In this document: one piece after another, positions 17,597 through 26,483 of the stretch
Layout: every line of letters starts with the position of its first letter
How positions within the stretch are numbered: the stretch's first letter is position 1
Source of the DNA: Candidatus Zambryskiibacteriota bacterium
GTDB lineage: Bacteria; Patescibacteriota; Minisyncoccia; Phycocordibacterales; DATGWK01
NCBI GenBank assembly: GCA_023264565.1
Contig: JAHFLV010000006.1
Location: 1-37,717 of the forward strand
Reading direction: 5' to 3'
Length of the DNA stretch: 37,717 nt
Notes under the pieces: generated by a model
What the model saw: the letters and a program-made list of their open reading frames with translations, nothing else
Databases searched by the model: none
What the model was told of the DNA's origin: nothing
Made by a program: the position numbers and the translations under genes

Positions 17597-17641
17597 GACA
17601 GTTTTTCTTGCTTTTTACAGGCGTGATATACTCGGTGCATT

Positions 17642-18262
17642 ATGTATAAATACACAGAACAAAAGTTTAGTATTCCGGAGTTAAAAGGAATCTCAAAAAA
17701 GGCTATAGAAGAACACGTAAAGCTCTACGCGGGCTATGTTAAAAATGCGAATTTAATTAACGAAAAAATTGTCGAGTACAAAACCGACAGCGAAAAAAAT
17801 GCGTATGCGCTCGGTGAACTTCAGCGCCGTTTTTCTTTTGAATTCAACGGCATGCGCAATCATGAATATTATTTCAAAAGTCTCGAAGGTGGCGCGCAGG
17901 CGCTCGGCACCAACAGCCCACTTCGTGCTCAGATTGAAAAAGATTTTGCAGATTTTGCCACAAATGGCATGAGCGCATTCGACGGCTGGCTTGCATCTTT
18001 CAAGGCCATCGCCCTTACCCGCGGCATCGGCTGGGCAATGCTGTACTACGATCAGCACACAGGCACACTCACCCACGCTTGGGTTGATGAGCAACATTTG
18101 GGTCAGTTGAACGGTCTTCAGCTCGTGCTTGGTCTCGATATGTGGGAACACTCTTTCCTCTTCGATTATGTGCCTGCTGACAAGAAAAAATACGTTGAAG
18201 CCTTTTTCGAAAACCTCAACTGGTCAGTAATCGAAAAGAATTTTGTTGAGGCAACAAAATAA
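17642..18262 (+). CDS. Fe/Mn superoxide dismutase
   Basis: EEHVKLYAGYV, NHEYYF, GIGWA, LDMWEHSF, NLNW. Confidence 0.92.
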   Translation: MYKYTEQKFSIPELKGISKKAIEEHVKLYAGYVKNANLINEKIVEYKTDSEKNAYALGELQRRFSFEFNGMRNHEYYFKSLEGGAQALGTNSPLRAQIEKDFADFATNGMSAFDGWLASFKAIALTRGIGWAMLYYDQHTGTLTHAWVDEQHLGQLNGLQLVLGLDMWEHSFLFDYVPADKKKYVEAFFENLNWSVIEKNFVEATK

Positions 18263-18290
18263 TCAGGAGCGATTAAAAAATTAAAAAAAC

Positions 18291-18324
18291 AAAAGCCGCC
18301 ACGAAAACCTCGGGCGGTTTTTTG
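18291..18324 (+). terminator. Terminator after sod
   Basis: GCCGCC..GGCGG TTTTTTG. Confidence 0.65.
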
Positions 18325-18344
18325 TTGCCTAAATTTCACAAAAG

Positions 18345-18372
18345 AAAAACCCCGCGAATGCGCGGGGTTTTG
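18345..18372. terminator. Terminator of orphan 18391-19332
   Basis: AAAAACCCCGCG aatg CGCGGGGTTTTT perfect inverted repeat. Confidence 0.8.
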
Positions 18373-18390
18373 GGGGTATTTGAAAAATGC

Positions 18391-19332
18391 TCACCAGAAC
18401 CAGCCCATGAGCCCATATCCCACCTCATCACACCAGTCGTTGAGAGTTTTCTGTGGACTGGCGCCGGGGTTGATAGGATCGAGCGGCCACTTGAAGAAGG
18501 GCGGCACCTCGGGAAACACGGTGATGTTGTATATCCGTGTCCGGTCACCATCGCCGGAGATTGTTGTATCCCAACGTTCGGGAAGAAAGGTGTCAGTGTT
18601 GATGTAGAGATACTGAGAGACAGCGTCGCCGCCCGCTCGAATAAAACTGACATCGAACACATAGCACCCATGACCGCGCAAAGCTGCACGCCGCTCCTCG
18701 ACGGGGTTACGAACTCCTCCGGTGATCTTCTCTAAGAACACTTCCACCATGTCCGTGCTCGACTTGTATGCGGGCACATTTGCTGAAGGCTCTCCGAGCC
18801 AACTCAGTGTCAGCGTCGAGAGCGAGCAGTCCAATTCTGAACTGCCATGGAAGCTATACGGGCCGAATGACGTGTCGCTTTTGTAGTAATAGAACTTGCC
18901 GTTGTCCGCAGAACGATACTCGGACACATCACCGTCCATACCACCAACAAGCGAAATGGCCATGATGAGTTTGTCGCCTTCGTAGACCCGAGAATGCATC
19001 ATGCCTGGTGCCATGTAGCAAACTGACTTGATCGTCACGGGCTCCTCGAAAGTCCTCCAGCCGTCCCTCAAGCCGGGAAAACCGGACGTGATAACAGACT
19101 CGAGCTTGAGAAACTTGATCCCCGAACGGAGCTTATCCCGAACGCGATCTGCGATATCAGTGTTCGAGAGCTCCTTTGAGGCTTCTGTCTTGGGAACCAG
19201 ATCGGTCTTTTCCGATTTCTCTGGATTTGCCATCACCACGGGATTGGGTTCAAATCGAGCCACCACGAGCGACTCACCCGTCTGCTTTGGGACCACACAG
19301 AACATCAAAACAAATGCGATGAAGAACTTCAT
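18391..19332 (-). CDS. Orphan exported protein, possible LolA-like (lipoprotein-sorting/DUF2092-like) fold
   Basis: N-terminal signal; AGGGAG SD; promoter TTGACA-17-TACTTT (19426-19398); GHGCYVFDV...YLYINTDTFLPERW resembles the LolA-superfamily C-terminal strands. Confidence 0.7.
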   Translation of the reverse strand: MKFFIAFVLMFCVVPKQTGESLVVARFEPNPVVMANPEKSEKTDLVPKTEASKELSNTDIADRVRDKLRSGIKFLKLESVITSGFPGLRDGWRTFEEPVTIKSVCYMAPGMMHSRVYEGDKLIMAISLVGGMDGDVSEYRSADNGKFYYYKSDTSFGPYSFHGSSELDCSLSTLTLSWLGEPSANVPAYKSSTDMVEVFLEKITGGVRNPVEERRAALRGHGCYVFDVSFIRAGGDAVSQYLYINTDTFLPERWDTTISGDGDRTRIYNITVFPEVPPFFKWPLDPINPGASPQKTLNDWCDEVGYGLMGWFW

Positions 19333-19432
19333 GTGATACTCCCTTCAAAAGAAGCGGTGTTCCAAAAAGTCTGACAAATAACTACGCTCTGTAATAAAAA
19401 GTACGCTGTTAAATCACGAATGTCAAGCATAG

Positions 19433-19456
19433 AAAAACCCCGCATTTCTGCGGGGT
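19433..19456 (-). terminator. Terminator of orphan 19483-20154
   Basis: Minus ACCCCGCA gaaa TGCGGGGT TTTT. Confidence 0.8.
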
Positions 19457-19482
19457 CTGTTGTGTATAAAACGAGTGGAGAC

Positions 19483-20154
19483 TCACTTCATGACGACGAG
19501 TGGCGCCTGTCCCGCGTCGCGCACGATCTTGTTCTGACAGGTGGCGGAGTACGAGCTGTTTTCGTTCTGCTTACAGCTCTTCTGATCTTCACAGTCGCGC
19601 GGACTGCAGGACCTCACATCCACTGACATGTGGGTTCGAATGCACTTGCATTCCGTACCCATCACCTTCCCTGTGTCCACGTTGATAAGCAGGTGAATGG
19701 GGTCGGTGCCGTCCAGGTTCGCATTGTCGATCGTCAGACCAGTGTTGCCCGAAATGCCGAAGTTGAAGACCATCACCTCGCCGGTGGTGGGGCTCATGCC
19801 AACGTAGGAAATGTTCGTATCGGTGTAGCTGGACAGGTCGCTCGTCTCGAGCAACTCGCCGTTCACGAAGACGTACAGGGTGCCGTCGGACCAGTAGTGA
19901 TCCACGTAGTTACCGTGGAAATTGCCGCTGTGAATCCAGGGACCCTCGGTTGTACGAGCGTCGAGCATCTGACTGACCGTGACCCCGGGGATTGCCGGCA
20001 AATCCGGAACCGCCGTCGCTGTGGACTTCATGCTGACCGTCGGCCCGTTGATCGGGGTGACGATCTGGGCCGAAGTCTGTCGGCCGAAAACCGCCGTAAC
20101 CAAAACCGCAATCATGAAAGACGCCAAGGACTGCAAACTGATACGCTTCTTCAT
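19483..20154 (-). CDS. Orphan secreted protein with C-terminal six-Cys domain, GC-rich
   Basis: Signal peptide ending TSA-Q; GGAGGT SD; CKC..C..C..C..C tail. Confidence 0.8.
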   Translation of the reverse strand: MKKRISLQSLASFMIAVLVTAVFGRQTSAQIVTPINGPTVSMKSTATAVPDLPAIPGVTVSQMLDARTTEGPWIHSGNFHGNYVDHYWSDGTLYVFVNGELLETSDLSSYTDTNISYVGMSPTTGEVMVFNFGISGNTGLTIDNANLDGTDPIHLLINVDTGKVMGTECKCIRTHMSVDVRSCSPRDCEDQKSCKQNENSSYSATCQNKIVRDAGQAPLVVMK

Positions 20155-20274
20155 AGGAACCTCCAGTTACCACCATGGCTAGCCCAAACTACACAGCTTG
20201 GGCAAAAAACTAGGAAGGGACTCCGACGAACGCATTAACCTCAATCCTTTTACTTTCTACCTATAGCCTATACC

Positions 20275-21858
20275 TTATGTCTTTTTCGTCAAATTACTCC
20301 ATATAAAAATAATAATTGTAAGTACATAGAAACCGGCCACAATTACAGTTGAAAATCCGCTAAAAGGAATACTTGCGAGTGAAAATTTCGAGAAAAAGTC
20401 GACGACTGCAAGCTCATACGAAAGCAACAGGTGCGCAACGAACGCAAAAGGCATAGCCAAAAATCGCCACACCAAACCCGCGACAGCAGTTAGAAAACTC
20501 AAAAGCATTGTCACAGACACAAGTGGCACCACCAAAATGTTTGTCGGCAAAGAGACAGCAGATACGAATCCTGTCATCCAAGAAAGAATTGGAAATAGAA
20601 AAAGCTGCACAGTAATATTTGAAATGACCAATTCACGAATGCCAAATTTTTCTGGTAACAGATATTTCAGATATTTTGTCAGGTTATGCGCCGAACCCGA
20701 AGAATCGCACACGTTACTCACCCACTTTTCACATTTCGGCACAATTTTAATAACAGCAAACGTCGCCAAAAATGAAAGTTGGAACGAGGGGCTGTGCGAT
20801 AAAATTCCTGGATTTTGAATGAGCATCAGAAATGTCGCAATAAAAAGCCCGCGAGCTGGATCATAACTTCGCATAAACAATCGCGAGATGATCACAATGA
20901 TCGCCATTATCGAAGCACGAACAACAGTCGCCGTGGCACCCGTAACCATAGTAAACGCAATAATTCCCAAACTCGCTGAAAACAAACCGAAAAAACGCGG
21001 CAGAAACGCGAATACCCTACTCAGTGCCTCAGCAACAATAGAAACGTTCGAACCCGACAGCACCACAATGTGCACAATGCCGGTTTTCTGAAATTTTTCT
21101 TGAAGCTCGCCATTGATCGACTGCTTACCATCGATAAGAATGCCGGCCGCAAGCGAACTTTCTGGTTCCGGCAACATGTTTCGAATCGACCCAACAAAGG
21201 CTCGTTTAGCAAAAAATAAGCCAGAAAGAATTCTACTCGGCGGATCGTGGCCAAGCACCGTAACCGAAGCATTTTTTATAAGAAACTTGATATGGTTTGT
21301 ACGCAGGTACCCAACATAGTCGAATTCCCTGCCAGTTTCTGTATAGAAATTTTCTGGCAGACTCACCGTGCCCGTGACTCGCACCACGTCGCCATATGTA
21401 AAATCTTTTGGATTGTCGGTAGTGACGAGGACTTTTATTCCAGAAACTTTCTGTGTTTGCGTAATTTTTTCTTGCGTTTTGGCAGTGGTCCCAGATTGTA
21501 TTTCTTGAACAATTACATTAAGCCGTGTATTAAAATCTCGCTTCTCCTGCTCTTCCCCAATCACGCCAACCATCGAAATTTTTGTATCAACATATTGATC
21601 AATCGGAGTTTTCCGATTATTCAGGACAAGAGCGACGTAACCCCGAAGAAATCCAGCACTAGTAGCAAGCGCAATGACTAGTAAAAGTATCGCGGCAGAT
21701 TTCCTACCTAAGAACAAACATATTGCTGCAGTAAGTAAAAGAATTGCACTAATAGAAATTATTAGTGGGAGATATTCCCTGAAGATTTCATGCGTTACGA
21801 TTCCAGCGCAAAAACTAACCACCAACACATAGAGAATTGATTCCCGTAAATTCACCAA
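20275..21858 (-). CDS. comEC: ComEC/Rec2 competence membrane channel (DUF4131 plus Competence domain)
   Basis: FDYVGYL, TGIVHIVVLSGSNV, VVRASIM, SFQLSFLAT; multiple TM helices. Confidence 0.92.
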   Translation of the reverse strand: MVNLRESILYVLVVSFCAGIVTHEIFREYLPLIISISAILLLTAAICLFLGRKSAAILLLVIALATSAGFLRGYVALVLNNRKTPIDQYVDTKISMVGVIGEEQEKRDFNTRLNVIVQEIQSGTTAKTQEKITQTQKVSGIKVLVTTDNPKDFTYGDVVRVTGTVSLPENFYTETGREFDYVGYLRTNHIKFLIKNASVTVLGHDPPSRILSGLFFAKRAFVGSIRNMLPEPESSLAAGILIDGKQSINGELQEKFQKTGIVHIVVLSGSNVSIVAEALSRVFAFLPRFFGLFSASLGIIAFTMVTGATATVVRASIMAIIVIISRLFMRSYDPARGLFIATFLMLIQNPGILSHSPSFQLSFLATFAVIKIVPKCEKWVSNVCDSSGSAHNLTKYLKYLLPEKFGIRELVISNITVQLFLFPILSWMTGFVSAVSLPTNILVVPLVSVTMLLSFLTAVAGLVWRFLAMPFAFVAHLLLSYELAVVDFFSKFSLASIPFSGFSTVIVAGFYVLTIIIFIWSNLTKKT

Positions 21859-21901
21859 CCAACGCTCTCAAAACCCGCTTCAAGAAATAATCAAAACAAT
21901 A

Positions 21902-22681
21902 TTAATACGATCCCTTGGTTTTAAATTGCTGAATAATCGCCTGCTCTTCTTCAGGACTGGTAGCTTTTTTGAAAAACGCTTTTTTACCCCTTACCCGAGC
22001 CTCGCATTCGGCCCATGTTTTATGAGTTTCAACAACACCATCAACCATGCTGACATATGAAAAAGCTTTGGCATTTGATCGACTTTTCGAACTCGACTTT
22101 TCTTTTTTCATTTCTGCATCATGAGAAATATCCAAAATATCAGCACCGATTTTATCTTTATATTCGGTGAGACTGCCACTGAAAAGCTCGCTCGGTTTGC
22201 CAAGCGCGAAACTGGTCGCGATTTTGTCGGCACGCTCGTTTCCAGTAATACCAATATGTCCTGAAAGCAAATGCCAGTGTATTTGTATGCCACTGGTACG
22301 AACACTCGAAAGAGCCGCGGACATTCGCTCCCACAAATCTTTATTCGAAACTTCTTTTTTGCCAGCAGTCATCCAGCCTTTTTGCTCCCAACCAGCGAGC
22401 CATTCTGTCGATCCGCGTAATACATATTTAGAATCGGTGTAGATCAAAACAGTGAAAGGATCGTGCTTACATTTTTCCTCAATAAAAACTAAAGCGGAAA
22501 TAACCGAAAGAAGTTCCATACGATTGTTGGTTGTGTTTGGTTCAAAACCACCAAGTTCGAAAACTTTCGCTGTGGTGTTGGCACTATTCTCAACGGCACC
22601 CTTGAACACAACAACGGCACCCCAGCCACCAGGGCCTGGGTTTCCACGAGATGCGCCGTCTGTAAAAATGATTGCTTCCAT
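21902..22681 (-). CDS. rnhA: Ribonuclease HI with C-terminal hybrid-binding (viroplasmin-like) domain
   Basis: FTDGASRGNPGPGGWG, TTNNRMEL, TDSKY, GHIGITGNERAD; C-terminal TWAECEARVRG. Confidence 0.93.
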   Translation of the reverse strand: MEAIIFTDGASRGNPGPGGWGAVVVFKGAVENSANTTAKVFELGGFEPNTTNNRMELLSVISALVFIEEKCKHDPFTVLIYTDSKYVLRGSTEWLAGWEQKGWMTAGKKEVSNKDLWERMSAALSSVRTSGIQIHWHLLSGHIGITGNERADKIATSFALGKPSELFSGSLTEYKDKIGADILDISHDAEMKKEKSSSKSRSNAKAFSYVSMVDGVVETHKTWAECEARVRGKKAFFKKATSPEEEQAIIQQFKTKGSY

Positions 22682-22693
22682 ATATTTGTATAC

Positions 22694-24418
22694 CTATATT
22701 AGAACACTCACAATCCTGAGTCGAAGTTCTGGATAACGTTTAAAGTAGGATTTTTCCATGCAGGCCTTAAGACTCACCGTGTCCCCCACTTTAAATTTTT
22801 TGAGCGGATCGTTCGCTTTGGTGAAAAAAGAAATGGCATTAAACACTTCGCCAACAGTGTTTTCGAAACTGAGCTCCATATGATTTTTAGTTTTTCCGAA
22901 CGGCTTTACGTTTTTTATACGCAAATTTTTGAAAAGGAAAACTGGCTTTGGATTACCAACGCCATAGGGCCCAAGTTTCTCGATAATTGAATAGGTGCTT
23001 GAATTTATATCATCAACGCTGAGTATATCTTCAAAATCTTCGAGCGCGTTTGCATCAGTCATAACTGAAAGTTTTTGATATGACTTTGAAAGTTGCTCTT
23101 CGAGGGTGTGAATTTTTTCTTGTTCGATCGCAAAGCCACCAGACATTTTGTGCCCACCAAAGGTAATAAAGAGATCGCGGCTTTCTTCCATAAGTTCGAC
23201 AACACTCACCCGGCCATCAGATCGGCATGAGCCCTTAATCACACTTCCCGTTTCTTTGCCCCATAAAAAGACTGGGCGATCGTGATCGTCCTTCAAACTA
23301 TTCGCAACGAGGCCCAAAACCGTCGGGCGCCAATGCAAATGCCCCATCACAATAACTGGAGTGAGCGTATTGTTTTGTTCACGTTCAACCATGCGCTGAC
23401 GCACATCTTTTACAATCGAAGCCACCAGACCCTTTCGCTCGTCGTTGATTTTATTTAAATGAGTGATGAGTGTGCCTGCCTGAATTTCATCAGTCGTCGC
23501 CAAAAGGTCGAATGCATCTTTCGGTACTCCCATGCGAGATGCAGCATTAATACGTGGGGTAATTGTAAAGCCCACGTCATCTTCGGTCATAAAACGTTGA
23601 TTCGTATTTGCGGCACGAAGGAGTCGCATAAGTCCAAGCCGCGGAGATTTGCGAAGAACCTTCAAACCATAGAGCGCAAAGACGCGGTTTTCCCCCACCA
23701 ACGGCACCATGTCAGAAAGCGTCGCAAGCCCTACCATATCAAGAAGCCACTTTTCCCAACCAACAGAAATTTTTTGATTGGTTATGTCGATGAGCTCACC
23801 CGCTGCATTTTTGACCTGCAGTTTTTTCTCTTCTTTTTTATTCAAAATTGCTTGAATGAATTTGAAAATGACACCCGAGCCACAAAGACCTTTGAATGGA
23901 TAACTACAATCTTTTTGCTTTGGATTGATGATAGCGAAGGCTGGCGGCAATTCCCCGCTTGGTTCATGATGGTCAGTAATAATTGTGTCGATACCTTTTT
24001 CGCGAGCATGTGCGATCGGTCCTACATCAGCAATACCGCAGTCGATCGTAATCATGAGTGTGGCACCGCGGCTGGCAATATCTTCGACCGCTCCGAGATT
24101 TACACCAAAGCCCTCTTCATGACGATCCGGAATATAGTTTTCAAAATTCTCGAAACCGATTTTCTTGAAAAAATCATGCAAAATCACACCACCCGGGATT
24201 CCATCAGCGTCATAGTCGCTATAAATAACAATTCGTTCATTGTTTCGAAACGCTTGAACAACACGATCAACCGATTTTTCCATGTCTTTGAGCAGATATG
24301 GATCATGAATATCCCGGGTGTAGTCGGGATTAAGAAATTTTTCCGCAGTTTCTGGGTCAGTCAGACCCCGCCTGTCGAGAAGTTTTTTTAAAAGTGGAGG
24401 AAAATGTACAACTGACAT
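22694..24418 (-). CDS. recJ: ssDNA-specific exonuclease RecJ
   Basis: DYDADG, TIDCG, TDHH, PRINAASR, FGGH, GPYGVGNPKP; start probably ATG 24418. Confidence 0.96.
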   Translation of the reverse strand: MSVVHFPPLLKKLLDRRGLTDPETAEKFLNPDYTRDIHDPYLLKDMEKSVDRVVQAFRNNERIVIYSDYDADGIPGGVILHDFFKKIGFENFENYIPDRHEEGFGVNLGAVEDIASRGATLMITIDCGIADVGPIAHAREKGIDTIITDHHEPSGELPPAFAIINPKQKDCSYPFKGLCGSGVIFKFIQAILNKKEEKKLQVKNAAGELIDITNQKISVGWEKWLLDMVGLATLSDMVPLVGENRVFALYGLKVLRKSPRLGLMRLLRAANTNQRFMTEDDVGFTITPRINAASRMGVPKDAFDLLATTDEIQAGTLITHLNKINDERKGLVASIVKDVRQRMVEREQNNTLTPVIVMGHLHWRPTVLGLVANSLKDDHDRPVFLWGKETGSVIKGSCRSDGRVSVVELMEESRDLFITFGGHKMSGGFAIEQEKIHTLEEQLSKSYQKLSVMTDANALEDFEDILSVDDINSSTYSIIEKLGPYGVGNPKPVFLFKNLRIKNVKPFGKTKNHMELSFENTVGEVFNAISFFTKANDPLKKFKVGDTVSLKACMEKSYFKRYPELRLRIVSVLI

Positions 24419-24513
24419 TGGGCAATTATACATCGTTAGTCAGTCGCTGCGGACTAGCGGATGGCGCAAAACCGGGGTTAAAAATCGATAATAAAAAATG
24501 TTAAAATCTAGCC

Positions 24514-24936
24514 ATGAAGAATTCACAAAATCCGGGCACAGTAGGCACAACCAGCACAACAAATGAAAACTGTGTTTTCTGCAAAATAGTCAGGGGCGAA
24601 ATCCCAGCTCACAAGATATACGAGGACGAAAACTACCTCGCTTTTCTTGATATCAATCCACGCTCACCTGGACATGCCCAAATAATTCCAAAAACTCATT
24701 ATCGGTATGTATGGGATGTACCAAATGCTGGAGAGTATTTTGAGGTTGCTCAAAAGATCGCTAAAGCTCAACAAAAAACCAGTGGCACAGATGCCATCTG
24801 GTCACGAATTATGGGTGATGAAGTGCCACACGCTCATATTTGGGTATTTCCAAATCCTGATCTTGCACTCGGAGACAAAAAAGATTTTGCTGTAAATGCA
24901 GAGAAAATAAAGTCAGCCTTATGTAGAACCCCGTAG
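24514..24936 (+). CDS. HIT family protein
   Basis: CVFCKIV.GEIP, AFLDINP..PGH, VPHAHIW. Confidence 0.9.
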   Translation: MKNSQNPGTVGTTSTTNENCVFCKIVRGEIPAHKIYEDENYLAFLDINPRSPGHAQIIPKTHYRYVWDVPNAGEYFEVAQKIAKAQQKTSGTDAIWSRIMGDEVPHAHIWVFPNPDLALGDKKDFAVNAEKIKSALCRTP

Positions 24937-24945
24937 CTCGATAAT

Positions 24946-25332
24946 TTAATCCTGTCCCTTTTTCACTCCCCCAATTTTGGTGTGTACTTGAATTTCAAAG
25001 TCGTCGACAAAAAGAGACATGTTCAATTTTTCTACATCCCAACTCAGTTTTACTTTGTGGTCGGCATTCTTTGAAAGAATAAAAAATGGAGCGCTGATTT
25101 TTGCTGAACCTGCACCAGGAGCCGCATCAGTAGCACCTTCAAGAGCATCATTTACATAAAAACACTGAAGATCATCTTTTTCTGTAAAAACAGCGCGAAT
25201 AGAACCACCAGACAACGCCGCATCAAGAACGGTAATTGGTCGAGTCTCGTCTGCGAGAATTTCTTTGGTGACCACAAAAACTAAACTGTCTTTTTGAATA
25301 TTGAGTTTGCTGAAGTCGGTTTGGTTTTGCAT
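24946..25332 (-). CDS. Hypothetical protein
   Basis: 128 aa ORF abutting the pgk stop; host-like composition. Confidence 0.65.
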   Translation of the reverse strand: MQNQTDFSKLNIQKDSLVFVVTKEILADETRPITVLDAALSGGSIRAVFTEKDDLQCFYVNDALEGATDAAPGAGSAKISAPFFILSKNADHKVKLSWDVEKLNMSLFVDDFEIQVHTKIGGVKKGQD

Positions 25333-26475
25333 TTATTTGCTGTTTTTCAGAGCATCAATTCCTGGCAAAGTTTCTGCTGACAAAAAATCGAGCATTGCAC
25401 CACCACCAGTTGAAACAAATGTGAACTTATCCATGAGACCAAGAGTTTGGATAGCAGCGACAGTGTCACCTCCCCCAACGATCGACTTGGCTCCAGAGGC
25501 TGAAATAATTTCTGCTAATTTTTTAGTACCCTCTGAGAAGCCTTCTTCGTAATTTCCAAGCGGTCCATTCCACAGAATAAATTTTGATTTATTGACAAGC
25601 TCTTCAAGCTGCACAAGAGAGCCTGCGCCAGCATCCCAAATTTTGTCTTTTGGACCAATTTCCTGAATAGATTTTGTGACATGCTCATTTGATCCTTCAG
25701 CGCTTTGCACAACCGCATCGCTCGGAACAAATACTTTTTTGGTTTCGAGCATTTCTGGCAAATTAAAATTTCCAGGTGAAACAAGTGATTCCCCTATTTC
25801 CATACCAAGTTCCTTAAAAAAATTATTGGCCAAGGCACCACCAACAAACACAGAGTCAGCGAGTTTTAAAAACTTTTGAATTAAAGGCATCTTGGTATCA
25901 AACTTGGCACCGCCGAGGATAAACAGAAATGGCCGATCCGGAGTAAAAGCCTGGCTGAGATTTTCTACTTCTCGCATAAATGTCGGACCAGCGAAGCTTG
26001 GAAGGAACTTTGGTACACCGACTATCGATGCATGGGCACGGTGCGAAACCGGAAAGGCTTCGTTTACATAGACATCCCCCATAGCTGCGAGTTGCTTCGC
26101 AAAAGTTTCATCATTTTCCTTTTCACCTTTGTTGATTCGAAGATTTTCAAAAAGAACCATGTCGCCCTCTTTCATGGCGTCGAGCGCCGTTTGGGCAGCA
26201 TCCGTAAAATATTCTGAAATAAATGTGACTCGCACGTTCTTTTCAGCAAAATAATCTGCGACGGGCTTGAGGGATTCCCCACCTTTGCCTTCGATGTGAC
26301 TAATTGCCACAATCTTTGCCCCAGCTTCGCGAAGGCTGGTAAGCATCGGCATAGCTGCTAAAATTCTAAAATCATCACCGACTTTGTTATCGACAATCGG
26401 CACGTTCAAATCGAGCCTCACCAGAACCCGCTTCCCCTTCAAATCTTTCGCTTCGGTAATATTTTTGAGACTCAT
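25333..26475 (-). CDS. pgk: Phosphoglycerate kinase
   Basis: RLDLNVP, HRAHAS, LGGAK, WNGPLG, GGGDT, STGGGA. Confidence 0.98.
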   Translation of the reverse strand: MSLKNITEAKDLKGKRVLVRLDLNVPIVDNKVGDDFRILAAMPMLTSLREAGAKIVAISHIEGKGGESLKPVADYFAEKNVRVTFISEYFTDAAQTALDAMKEGDMVLFENLRINKGEKENDETFAKQLAAMGDVYVNEAFPVSHRAHASIVGVPKFLPSFAGPTFMREVENLSQAFTPDRPFLFILGGAKFDTKMPLIQKFLKLADSVFVGGALANNFFKELGMEIGESLVSPGNFNLPEMLETKKVFVPSDAVVQSAEGSNEHVTKSIQEIGPKDKIWDAGAGSLVQLEELVNKSKFILWNGPLGNYEEGFSEGTKKLAEIISASGAKSIVGGGDTVAAIQTLGLMDKFTFVSTGGGAMLDFLSAETLPGIDALKNSK

Positions 26476-26483
26476 GGAAAAAA

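Noticed and set aside
19630..20238. 202-aa plus-strand ORF
   Set aside because: Antisense shadow of the GC-rich orphan, which has the SD, signal peptide and terminator.
23459..24391. 310-aa plus-strand ORF
   Set aside because: Entirely antisense to recJ with no recognisable motifs; shadow ORF.
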